A stretch of DNA of 64,000 nt, taken from the NCBI GenBank assembly GCA_030141605.1, contig JAQGDQ010000893.1:19247-83246 (forward strand), in the 5' to 3' direction. The stretch is from Tubiluchus corallicola. Taxonomy: Eukaryota; Animalia; Priapulida. Under the pieces are notes generated by a model that was not told where the DNA came from, did no database searches, and saw only the letters and a program-made list of their open reading frames with translations. How positions within the stretch are numbered: position 1 is the stretch's first letter; every line of letters starts with the position of its first letter. Below, piece by piece: positions 48,301 to 59,859 of the stretch. The translations under genes were made by a program, and so were the position numbers.

Positions 48301-49759
48301 AGGATCGAATTCAAATTTGCTGAAGTAATGCCGCAAACGGTCATGTAAAAAGTAAAAAGTAAAATCTCTTTTTTGAAACAAGTACAGTTGATGCACTGTA
48401 GCAGAGGAACTTAAATAACATTTTGGACTAGTTGTACATTAACTGTAAGCGATGAAAGACAGGAGTAGTAGGGAAGAAAATCAGCAAAGGTACTTTAACC
48501 GTGTTGCATATATAAAGGTGCATTTTGCAATGAGCTGTTAGCTACACGTATCTAAATTACGTAAGCGTGCATGCAAACCAAAACCGTCCATAAGTCGGCA
48601 TAGTTAAAACTACGATATGAACGCTTCAAAGTAATAGGCACCAAAAATTTGGTCAAATATCAGTTTTTTGTTTTTTATAAAAACAAACGTTAAATATATT
48701 GGACTTTTATATTCTTGCGTGACGTTAAAAAATAAAAAATTCCAAAACACTAAAAATCTAATTTTATAACATTTTATCCATTTTTCTTGCTATAAACTAG
48801 TAATGAACTCGTAAAAAACTTCGACGAGAAGTCTTTTTGCTTCCTGTTTTTTTCTGTTGCCAAGCCCAGATCTTCGTAAGGAAGAGCCATCTACTGGATT
48901 TAAACATAACTTCAATGTGTCTTTGCAAGATCCGTAGCAACCAACGTTTGTGCAGCTGCAAAGTGTTTTGTAGAAATGCACCAAAATGGCTGACTTTTAA
49001 CAGCGACTTCTCAAGATAATGTTTTTCAGTGTGCAGCTTGCACTTCAACTTCAACGTGGATTATCTCAGCTTAGAAATAACATAGAGCGATGAAATTGGT
49101 ACCAAAATGATCCCCATGAAATGGAGATTCAGGATATGTGAATAACTAAAAACACTTAAATGTCGACTTATGGATGATTTTTCTATGCAAGCACACTTAA
49201 ATTGTTTCGATCTCCAATGACTGGGAATTCCAACTGCTCAAAAACAATAGCAGCAATACTGACTCCATTAATTTTTTTTTCTTTTGCCCCTTTTCGTGCC
49301 TCTTCACAACATTCCGCATTCTTCTTACTTTTAAAGCAAAACCGAGTGAAATCTTGAATTGTAGGTCTACTCTTTAAAATATTCAAAGGAAATTCATAAT
49401 ATGTTTTCAAAAATTACTTATGCGAAAGAATTATTACCATATAAGCACAATTTCGCGTTTGCGTCACTAGTTCTTCGCTGTTATATGCATTTCGCCATTC
49501 GAAATTTAGACGGGGACTAGGGCATGATTTGCATAAAAACAGGTTCTGTACCTGTCAGTTGAGATGTATTAGTTTGTGATGAACTGCACACTTTCGACAG
49601 CTCTTGCGTGAGCGCAGCGGTAAATTTGAAATTTGGATTTTTTTTGTTTTAAAACTTGCCTACTTTTAGTACAACCACTGAATGTCTTACAGTAATACTT
49701 CGCTTTCACAAGGTGTGCAACACACTCGTGGAATACTTTTGCTGTTGAAAATTTTGTTA

Positions 49760-51065
49760 GTTTGTGATTTCATCAATTGTTGGGCTCGCCCGCCATTAAT
49801 CAAGTTTTTAATTTATAATTTAATTATCAGAAATATTTTTGCGGGTTCAATAGTGTTAAAAAGGACACATTTTATCGGAATTGAAAATGGGGTAGTATGC
49901 GAAAAATCATCTTTAACAATTGTGTTTGGTAAAAATTGCAAGTCTGTGCTCACTCAAGTAAAACAGTTGAGCAACTAAACGTTTGAGCTCAGACGCAACA
50001 GTAATTTGCGCAATTTTTAGTTGCATGTGTCTGCGCGCTTTCATGGATTTTAGTTATTTAACACATTTAAAAACTTCTAGTTGAGCAACTGAAAATTGCA
50101 TGTCTGCGCAGGGCGTCAGAGGTTTAATAATTGAAGTAGTAATCGTTTTTTTGTCTTTGAGCGCTCCTTTTTAGTAGATTATTCCACCCCACTCTACAAA
50201 AGCTACTTTTTATTAAAGTCCAGTTTGTACCTGATATTTTTTTTAAATCCTGAGGGGAAATGACGCGTATGATTAGTTTACTTCGTCTTTGCTTTCAAAG
50301 CTGCGACGATTAGAATAAAACGTGCCGAATTACAGACCACCTGAGATGCTCTCTCCACACAAAGAGCAGCTTATAATGTAAATCCTGTAAAGTATTTGAA
50401 TTGAGACGCAGTTCACGCCCTGCACTCAAAGCTGTGACGATTAGAATAAAACAAATTACAGACCACCTGAGATGCTTTCTCCACACAAAGAGCAGCTTAT
50501 AATGGTTTTGTAAATCCCGTAAAGTATTTGAGTTCACGCCCTGCACACAAAGAAAGATTCTAATCTTCAACAATTTCCTCTATAATGGTCGAAAAAATAA
50601 TGAGCCCCGCTTTTAACCACTTGAGACCTGTTCTCTCCCTCTCTCTCTCTCAACACAAAAGAGCAGCTAAATTATAATCCTTGTGAAATATTTACCTGAG
50701 CCACGGGTAGCACCTATAATCTTCCTTTTTGAAGAGGTTCCGCAGACTCGTCAACAATTTTAGCGGCGTGAGAAGTTCTGGGTAATGACCAACCTTGAAT
50801 ATGTTTGCTCTGCTAAATAAACACTAGCGTCCCTTTTTAACAACTCCAGAGCTCTTGGAAATTTCCGTAAACTTTTCTGGCACCAGTACTGACTCGAAAA
50901 ATGTTCTCACAATAACTGCTTGTCGTGAACTAATTCACTGAGTCACCTGCACTAAACAAAGCAATTAAAATTTAACTATTGTATTTTTAAACTTACATTG
51001 TTGGAAAATTCGTTGAAAATAATAACAGAATTACAAGATTTATTTGTTTTACCTCCATTGTAAAC
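49760..51065 (-). repeat. Long modular dispersed repeat, copy D
   Basis: 49760-50820 is the reverse complement of ~61010-62080 (ttgggctcgcccgccattaatcaag / cttgattaatggcgggcgagcccaa). 50700-51060 also resembles 43600-44050. Confidence 0.85.
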
Positions 51066-54036
51066 CTAAAATAGTCAAGGTAGAAAGTACTTTACTGCTT
51101 AGAAATTAGCGTAATGTATTTATCAGAAATTCATTCTTAGCATTTTGGCCAGAACCACTGCAGAGAGTTTATTCAGAGAGTTTATTCATTTTTTCCACAT
51201 TGCATCATTACAATTAGCATTAAAACACAGATAATTTTCCATTTGAGTAAATATAAATATAAATATGAATAAATGCAATATTATCAAGAAATTACAGAAT
51301 GCGGGATATACATGTGCAAATTTCATTACAGAATAATTTTTTGATGTATACAGTTTGAGCCTAAAAGCATAGCTTTGCAGGCCAAACTGTATGTGGAAAT
51401 CTTAAAAAAATGGGGGGGGAGTAGTGAATGAAAGATGAAATGGAGCGAGAACTAAGAAAAACTGTGATCATGGTTACAAAGTGTTCAGTATCCTGTTAAA
51501 CATAGTCACGTTATATTAAGATTACTGTAGGAAAAAATGCAGGTTATTACCATTATCAAATTGTGGCAGAGAGTAGTTACGCAGTGAAACTCGTCTGCAG
51601 TAAATATCGTTATCGTATTCGTCGTACTACATGTATCGGGTTTCATTTGACTTCATCGTATCGCCATAGCCATGAGTCAGCAGCGCAACAATCGGCTGGA
51701 AAGGAGAGCGATAGGGTACGTAGCGCTAAAATTATCAACACTAGTCGGCAGGAGTTAAAAGCAGAAAAAGCTAGCGCAATATCTGCAGTCAAAGTTAAAG
51801 AATAAACTACTGCAATTAATCAGTCAAGATGTTCACCAGGACGAATGGGAAACACGTCAGAACATTTTAGATTTATTTGATAAGATAGACGAGGCGCAAA
51901 GTAGAGCAATGTCGGTGGTGGAGAATTTACTGGAAAATTACCTGGCAGATGAGACAGGGGGTTGAAAAATAGAAGAATGCATAGACGAGGTCATTGACGA
52001 ATTCGAGAAGTTGTCTGACGAGTACGCGACAATATACAGTAAAGCACAGGCCTACCTGCAAACCTTAAAACTGGGACATGGAGGCGGATCTACTGCTACA
52101 GCAAGGGCGTCAGCAAACATCAAATCTGACAAAATGCATTCACCATGGGCTAAGCCACCTGCAAAACCTCTCGGGAGTGATAACGTCTGCTACTGAACAT
52201 TATAACGTGAAAGCTGAACTATACGAGGAAGCTCACTTCAATTCTAAGCAGCAAGAATTTAGCAACACATCATGGACCCGCCATCAACCAGCTGATCGGT
52301 ACAACACAGCAGCTACCGTGCAGCATGAGGACGTTTCCATAGGTGTTGATATGTGGAGGTAATTAAAGAGAGTTTCCATCCCGGTTTTTAATGGAGACAA
52401 AAAGAGCTACGAAAATTGGAAAGCAGCGTTTTGTGCTTGTATATTCAGATTCATTATATATTGTATATTGTATATTGTAGATTCAGCGCCAGCGACAGCA
52501 GAGTATAAACTTTTGCAACTTAGACAGTATTTATCCGGTGAGGCGTTGAAGGTCATTGAGAATTTGGGACATTCAGCAGTTGCATACCAAGCTGCTAAAG
52601 AGAGATTAGATAGAAAATATGGCGGTCGTCGACGACAGGTGGCGCTGCAATTAGAAGAACTGGAAAGATTTAGGCCAATTCGAACTGAGCACGCTAAAGA
52701 AATAGAAAAATTCGCAGATTTATTGGACTTGACCGTAGTAAATTTACAAGAGGCTGGTCGACACGAAGAGTTAGGTAATGGATCACTTTACGCCAAAATT
52801 AAAGAAGAAAATGCCAGAAAGCATATTGGCTCAATTCCAGCGTTGGCTATTCGAGAAACGTCGGGCAGAAAATGTTATTTCGCTAAGAGAATGGATAATT
52901 TGCGAGGATGGAGTTTTACACAATAGCACACGAGACAGTGTATGGTTTAGGGGCCAGCAATTTGGACACAAAACTAAAACAGAGATCGTACTTTGGGACA
53001 ACAGGTGATAACCAAGAAGCTGCAGTTTCCAGAAGTAGTCAATCACAAAGATTATGCAAAGTTTGCAATGGGCCTCACGGTGTTTGGAGGTGTGATGAGT
53101 TTCGCAAGATGAGCATTCCACAAAGATGGGACTCTGCAAAGCGGTTGAACTTATGCTATCGCTGTCTGGGGTCAGATCACCAAGGTCAAACCTGTCCACG
53201 TAGCAGAGTTTGTGGCATAGACAGCTGCAAATACAATCACAACAGATTTCTACATTCGTCAAAAGAAGTTAGAGAAAATAATTCGCATTTAGCCGCGACC
53301 AACAAGAAGTACAACAATGGTGTTGGTTCTACACCATCATCAATCAAACCTGCAGCTGAAGATGGTTCATCGCATCGCAGTAGCACATCGACCATACCAC
53401 CTGGCAAACAAAATTCGGCTGTGACAATGACATCTGGCAATCCCAAGATAGTTGAAAAAATTATGTTGCGAACTATACCAATAATCGTGAAAAATGGAAA
53501 TCGACAATCAACGCGTTATTAGATGATGCCAGCACAAGATCATACATCAACTCGGATGTAGCAGCAGAGTTAGGACTTGAGGGTGAGACTCAGCAGATTA
53601 ACGTCAGCGTTTTAAATGGGCAAACAAAAGTTTTCGAAACAAGACCTGTAACATTTAATCTACAGAGTGTCAACGGCCAGCTGGACATGAAATTCAGCGC
53701 ATTAACGGCTGAAAGAGTTACCGGAAATTTAAATGTAATAAACTGGAATGAATGCAGTCACAAGTGGGACCATTTGAAAGCTATTGAATTTCCAAAACTA
53801 GGACGTCGCCTCATCGTAGACATGTTGATTGGCAGCGATTACACCGATTTACATTATTCGTACAGAGATGTTCGTGGAAAGCCAGGGGAGCCAATAGCTA
53901 GATTAACTCCACTCGGATGGACATGTATAGGACAACCAAATGATTGCGACAGTTATCGTGTTCGCACCAATTTCGTTCACACGTATTTTTCGGCTGAGGC
54001 TAGTGAAATTCGGCTTGATGAGATGTTGCAACAATT

Positions 54037-55605
54037 TTGCAGATAGATTCAGTTGGCACGATGCCAACTTGCCGCATTCTGGATATTGATGCAGAGAACG
54101 CGTTAGCTAAAGTAGAAAAATCCATGAAAATGACGGATGGACATTATGAGGTTTGCATACCATGGAAAGATAATTCAGTTGAGCTGCCTAGCGCGAAATT
54201 GAGCTACGAAAAGGCACTGAAAAGACTACAGAGCACCGAAAAACGTCTACTAAAAAATCCAGAAGTGGCAAAAATATACGAAGATAATATTCAGCAGTAT
54301 GTGGAGAAAGGCTACATACGTCAAGTGATATCATTAGAAGATCAGCAATGCGGACGATGGTTTTTACCCCATTTTCCAATAATCAGACCAGATAGAGAGA
54401 CAACAAAAGTACGCATGGTATTTGATTCGTCAGAAGAATGCGATGGAGTCTCGCTGAATGATGTCATTAGTCCCGGACCAAAGCTGCAGAGAGACTTATT
54501 CGATGTCTTGCTTCGTTTTCGTAAAAATCCTGTAGCATTGGTATCGGACATTGCAGAGATGTACTTGATGATTAAAATTGTTCCTGAGGACAGGGTTTAC
54601 CATAGATTTCTCTGGAGGAATTTCGAAAACAGACAGCCTGACCAATATGAATTCGAAAGGGTAGTTTTTGGTGTAAATGCATCACCATTTCTTGCACAAT
54701 TTGTGACCGTACTCTACTCGACGTGTATGGACGATAGCATGGATTCAGCCATCGACGATGAACAAGGCATAGAGCTCTACACTCAGTTGTCCAGTCTTTG
54801 GGAAAAGGCTGGCATGCGAGCTCGTAAATGGTTATCAAATTCACCTGTAGTGCTAGCCGAGATACCACAAGAGGAGAGAGCATCAGAAATTAACTTAGAT
54901 GAAGGACTTCCGAGTATAAAAACACTTGGAGTACTATGGCTGGCAAAGGAAGATGTTTTCACCTTCAAACCAAAATCCATAGACATCGACAATTTCGTAT
55001 TTACCAAGCGTAATATACTGAGGAAGATCGCTACAATATTTGATCCATTGGGATTTCTGGCAGCATTTCTCATTCGAGGCAAAATTATCATGCAGGAAAT
55101 GTGGACAGCCGGTTTAGGATGGGACGACGAGCTTGACGAAAACTTGCAATGGAAAGCCAAAATGTGGTTTACAGAATTGATCGAGATGCCAGAAATTCAT
55201 ATTCCGAGATGTTTGGTCACGGAGGGGGGTACAGATTCATGCACACTGCACACATTCGTAGATGCATCGCAAGAAGCCTATGCAGCAGTTAGCTATCTAC
55301 ATTGTACCTATCCTGATGGAACTATATCGTGTAGACTCATCGCAGCAAAGTCTCGTGTAACCCCTCTGATTGCAATTAGTATTCCACGACTAGAAATGAT
55401 GGCTGCAATACTGGGGCTAAGGCTTACGGACCACATAGCTGGTGCACTAAACATGGAACTAAAAAATGCAATTTTTTGGTGTGATAGTATGAACGTTTTA
55501 TGGTGGATAAGGAGTAGAAGTCGCACACTGAAACCGTTCATCGCTAATCGTATAGGCGAAATTCAGAGTCAAACATTTCCACATCAATGGCGGCATGTCA
55601 CATAA
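54037..55605 (+). pseudogene. BEL/Pao pol: reverse transcriptase + RNase H portion
   Basis: GPKLQRDLFDVLLRFR, SDIAEMYLMI, CMDD (decayed YMDD), FDPLG, SIPRLEMMAA, CDSMNVLWWI; ends at a premature stop. Confidence 0.9.
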
Positions 55606-55626
55606 AAAGAGAATGCTGCTGATGCT

Positions 55627-57351
55627 GTGACTAGAGGGAAAACTGCAAATCAACTTATTAATGATGAAAAATGGTGGAGAGGACCGAAATTTCTTCACAA
55701 GAACGAGCAAGAATGGCCATCTAAAATTATAGAATTTCAGCAAATGGATGACGCAGAACTTAGAAAGCCAACAAAAATTAGGCATGTATCTAATCGTGAA
55801 ACTGCTGAAACTTACATTACTGGACCAATACAAAACCAGGATGACAATTGGCGTCTAAAACCTGAGCGGTTTTCCAGTTGGTTACGACTGATTCGAGTAC
55901 AAGCATGGGTACATCGTTTTCTAGAAAACTGTCGTGATTCAAAACTGCACAAGAAGTTTGGAGAATTAGAGCCAGACGAATTGCAAGACGTTGAGATAAG
56001 CATTGTACGAAACATGCAACGTGAAGCCTTTTCACTGGAATACAAATTACTCCAGAATAACCAACAGTTACCGAAGAATAGCAATTTATTAAAGCTGCAA
56101 CCTAGATTAGACGAGGATGGAGTTATTCGCAGCGAAGGACGTCTCATTCACGCAGAATACTTATCGTACGATGCACGCCATCCGATCATTCTGCCTAAGA
56201 ATAACTGGGTGACCAAGTTGATAATTGGACGTCATCATGGAAAAGCTCATCATGCAATAGGGGTGAATCAGACTCTTGCTTCACTGTCAGCTCGATATTG
56301 GATAATCTCTGGCAGGGAAGAAATCAGAAAATTTGAGAAAGAATGTGCAAAATGTCGTAAGCAGAAAGCTCAATCTGCAACGCAAGTGATGGCACCAATT
56401 CCAGAGATCAGAGTCAAACTGCCTTTACGAGCTTTTGCTAGGACAGCAGTGGATTTTGCTGGACCTTTTATTACAGTTCAAGGAAGAGGAAAACGTCGAC
56501 AGAAACGCTATCTTTGCCTCTTCACTTGTATGACATCGCGGGCAGTGCATTTAGAGATAGCGTTTGGCCTTGACACTGATTCGTACTTAAACGCCTTTTA
56601 TCGCATGGTCAATCGCAGAGGTTTGCCAACTGAGATGCTTTCTGACAACGGTTTAAACTTCGTAGGAGCGAACAATGAACTACAAAGTCTTTTAGTGATA
56701 TTAGATGAAGAGAAGATTCAACGGACATCTGCAAACCAAGGTATCAAGTGGCATTTTAATCCACCATTAGCACCACATTTTGGAGGAGCCTATGAAATAA
56801 TGGTAAAAGCCGCAAAACGAGCCATATTCGCTATTCTCGGAAACGCTGACGTCACGGATGAAGAACTCATGACAGCATTTACCGGAGCAGAAGCACTATT
56901 AAATTCGAGACCATTGATGTACCAAACAGCAGATGAGAAAGATGACATTCCCTTGACGCCAAACCATTTTTTATTTATGCAAGTTGGTGGACAATTCGCG
57001 CCCGAATCAGTGGATAACACAGACTTTAATCCTAGAAAGCGTTGGAGGCGTGTCCAAGAATTAATACGTCACTTTTGGAAAAGATGGATGCGAGAGTGGC
57101 TTCCAGGACTCAACAGACGCAGTAAATGGAATCGTGTGCAGAGAGACATTCAAGTAAACGACATCGTACTTGTGATATCTCCAAATACACCTAGAGGACA
57201 GTGGCCTATGGGACGCAAACTAGAAGTCTACCCTGGTAGCGACGGGCACACTCGAGTTGCAAAACTGAAGATTGGCAATAGTGAACTTACACGACCAATC
57301 ACCAAACCCTGTCCACTGGAGTTCATTGAGGAAGAAAAACCCGACAAGTGA
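55627..57351 (+). CDS. BEL/Pao integrase (HHCC + DDE + C-terminal domain), open segment of the interrupted pol
   Basis: HxxxHH..CAKC; VDFAGP; LFTCMTSRAVHLE; SDNGLNFVGA; PHFGGAYE; LTPNHFL; FWKRWMREWL. Confidence 0.9.
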   Translation: MTRGKTANQLINDEKWWRGPKFLHKNEQEWPSKIIEFQQMDDAELRKPTKIRHVSNRETAETYITGPIQNQDDNWRLKPERFSSWLRLIRVQAWVHRFLENCRDSKLHKKFGELEPDELQDVEISIVRNMQREAFSLEYKLLQNNQQLPKNSNLLKLQPRLDEDGVIRSEGRLIHAEYLSYDARHPIILPKNNWVTKLIIGRHHGKAHHAIGVNQTLASLSARYWIISGREEIRKFEKECAKCRKQKAQSATQVMAPIPEIRVKLPLRAFARTAVDFAGPFITVQGRGKRRQKRYLCLFTCMTSRAVHLEIAFGLDTDSYLNAFYRMVNRRGLPTEMLSDNGLNFVGANNELQSLLVILDEEKIQRTSANQGIKWHFNPPLAPHFGGAYEIMVKAAKRAIFAILGNADVTDEELMTAFTGAEALLNSRPLMYQTADEKDDIPLTPNHFLFMQVGGQFAPESVDNTDFNPRKRWRRVQELIRHFWKRWMREWLPGLNRRSKWNRVQRDIQVNDIVLVISPNTPRGQWPMGRKLEVYPGSDGHTRVAKLKIGNSELTRPITKPCPLEFIEEEKPDK

Positions 57352-57555
57352 AGTTTCTACAAACACTGCAGATGATCAGCACCACAGAAAATTATTACTA
57401 TGATTTTGCGATTATTCGTTTTCGTACTGCTTGCTAAAGTTTGCAAGAATTTTGTTTTTTGTAGTTAAACGTAAACGTCATGTAGCACAGAATAGAAAAT
57501 TTTAATTACCGAATGTTAGAATAACTTTTGTTGACATGTTTTGTTAAAACTTATC

Positions 57556-57652
57556 AAGAGGGGGGAAATGTTCGGAAGATTTTTCTCTGCTTGCCCTTTA
57601 ATGTAAAGTTGCACTTATTTAAAATTGCCTGTAAAACTTGGCTTCGTTATAT
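57556..57652 (+). repeat. Polypurine tract and start of the 3' LTR (TG at 57569)
   Basis: aagaggggggaaa followed by tgttcggaag; the LTR runs into the gap. Confidence 0.75.
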
Positions 57653-58279
57653 NNNNNNNNNNNNNNNNNNNNNNNNNNNNNNNNNNNNNNNNNNNNNNNN
57701 NNNNNNNNNNNNNNNNNNNNNNNNNNNNNNNNNNNNNNNNNNNNNNNNNNNNNNNNNNNNNNNNNNNNNNNNNNNNNNNNNNNNNNNNNNNNNNNNNNNN
57801 NNNNNNNNNNNNNNNNNNNNNNNNNNNNNNNNNNNNNNNNNNNNNNNNNNNNNNNNNNNNNNNNNNNNNNNNNNNNNNNNNNNNNNNNNNNNNNNNNNNN
57901 NNNNNNNNNNNNNNNNNNNNNNNNNNNNNNNNNNNNNNNNNNNNNNNNNNNNNNNNNNNNNNNNNNNNNNNNNNNNNNNNNNNNNNNNNNNNNNNNNNNN
58001 NNNNNNNNNNNNNNNNNNNNNNNNNNNNNNNNNNNNNNNNNNNNNNNNNNNNNNNNNNNNNNNNNNNNNNNNNNNNNNNNNNNNNNNNNNNNNNNNNNNN
58101 NNNNNNNNNNNNNNNNNNNNNNNNNNNNNNNNNNNNNNNNNNNNNNNNNNNNNNNNNNNNNNNNNNNNNNNNNNNNNNNNNNNNNNNNNNNNNNNNNNNN
58201 NNNNNNNNNNNNNNNNNNNNNNNNNNNNNNNNNNNNNNNNNNNNNNNNNNNNNNNNNNNNNNNNNNNNNNNNNNNNNNN
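57653..58279. other. Assembly gap (627 N)
   Basis: Run of N. Confidence 1.
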
Positions 58280-58590
58280 ACGAGTAACATAATGTCAACT
58301 AAATCTTACATTCGAACCACCCCTAATCCCTCAAGAAACATTCCAATAGCTTTCACTCGACTGTGTTTAGAAGAACATCGTTTGGAAATTGAAGCAGTCA
58401 GGTTGAGCCACCAACAACGAGAACAAAGATTATGCCCATGTGGATCTATACAAACGGAAGAACATATATTAATCAGCTGTCCTCAAACTGATCACTTAAG
58501 AAGGCAGTTCACCGATGTAGACTTCGAATCATTAACTTCAATATTGTCTTGCAAAAATCATTTAAAAGTTGTTATCTTTTTCTGAAAGTG
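58280..58590 (+). mobile_element. LINE ORF2 C-terminal CCHC zinc-knuckle fragment
   Basis: AFTRLCLEEHRLEIE...REQRLCPCGSIQTEEHILISCP..LR. Confidence 0.75.
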
Positions 58591-59859
58591 TTTGAGTTGT
58601 GTGTGTGTATACACTTAAGTTAAATTACATTGTGTGAATTAATAGTTTAATAGTGAAGCAGTGTTTGGATGTCGTGTAATGTAACTTTGTAAACTCTGTG
58701 GAGTAATTCTGTGTTACCCCACCATAGTTAAATATATGTTTTGTTGTAAAAACCTAGTCAACAAAAACTACTACTGCTAATAGCAAAACATTTACATTAA
58801 TTGTAGTTACAACTGTAGGAATGCATTGAGGCGGGAAAGGAATCTGCTATTACTGAATTTGAATTTATGAAAAGAAACATGTAGATTGAGGAAGAAGCAT
58901 TAGAAATGGCGATGAGTGCTCATGAGGGCCATTCTAATAAGTTTCTTAAATTTGGTTGACTTGAGATAAACAAATCAGCCATAATTCAACTCGTTCGGTG
59001 AGTGAAAGATGATACCTCAATAATTAATAGTATAATAAAGTGTTTATTATCACAAAGACATTAGTCCGTTCTTTACACTGTTTCTGCAAGACTTACTCAC
59101 AGGTAATTCAATAAAACCATTAAACAACTCTGAAAAGACACTGATATGACACTAAAATGGTGAATTCTTAACTGACCGTCCATTCAAAAAGACATTCCTT
59201 TCTCAAGTGACGAGCGGCAAAGACGTGGGCGGATGTGACGTGATAAGCATCAACCAACTGAAGAATTTGACGAAATTCCGAACTCTCAGTACGACTTGAC
59301 AAGAAACTATCCCAGTTATATATAATTGTTATGGGGAAAACAAAGTCATAGATCATCAATGTTAAATCGGCTTCGGTCACAGTGACAAACATAATACGAC
59401 AGGGAGAGTACTGCTAAACCAGATGGTTTTTGCTGACAAAGTTAATAACAGAAGCGTTTGTAAGCAAACCAGCAAATTAACGACAATCATTGAGGTTGAC
59501 CTTGAACAAAGGTCAGAGGTCAACACACTACTGTCCCTCCCTCCCACATGGCTATGTGTTCTGTGAGTTTCGTTATCATTGCTTGTATACTTTTAGAGCT
59601 ATTAAGCAAAACGTAAGAGCATAATGTACACAATGAAATTGTTGTATTGTTGTGGCAAAATCTTTATAACTGCAAGTAAGCCTGGTAGTACGGTACAGTA
59701 CGAAAAAATACCGTACAGTGCTTCCGTACTGTACCTGCAAAATTGAATCGTATCGCATTAGTACGATAAAATACGTTTCGTGCCCTAAATTACAACCCTA
59801 ATGAGCTATTAAGCGAAACCTTTACAGAAAAAATAAAGAACTGTCTTTGTCCTTAAAAG

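Larger units (their letters stand above)
51670..57652 (+). mobile_element. Degenerate BEL/Pao LTR retrotransposon (gag-PR-RT-RH-IN, PPT, start of 3' LTR)
   Basis: gag LKRVSIPVFNGD/KLLQLRQYLSGEA; Cys-His knuckles; protease LLDDASTRSYI (~53516); RT WFLPHFPIIRPD..FGVNASPF; RNase H HTFVDASQEAY; integrase. Several stops and frameshifts. Confidence 0.95.

Noticed and set aside
57528-58298. ORFs of 220-315 aa
   Set aside because: They span the N gap and are artefacts.
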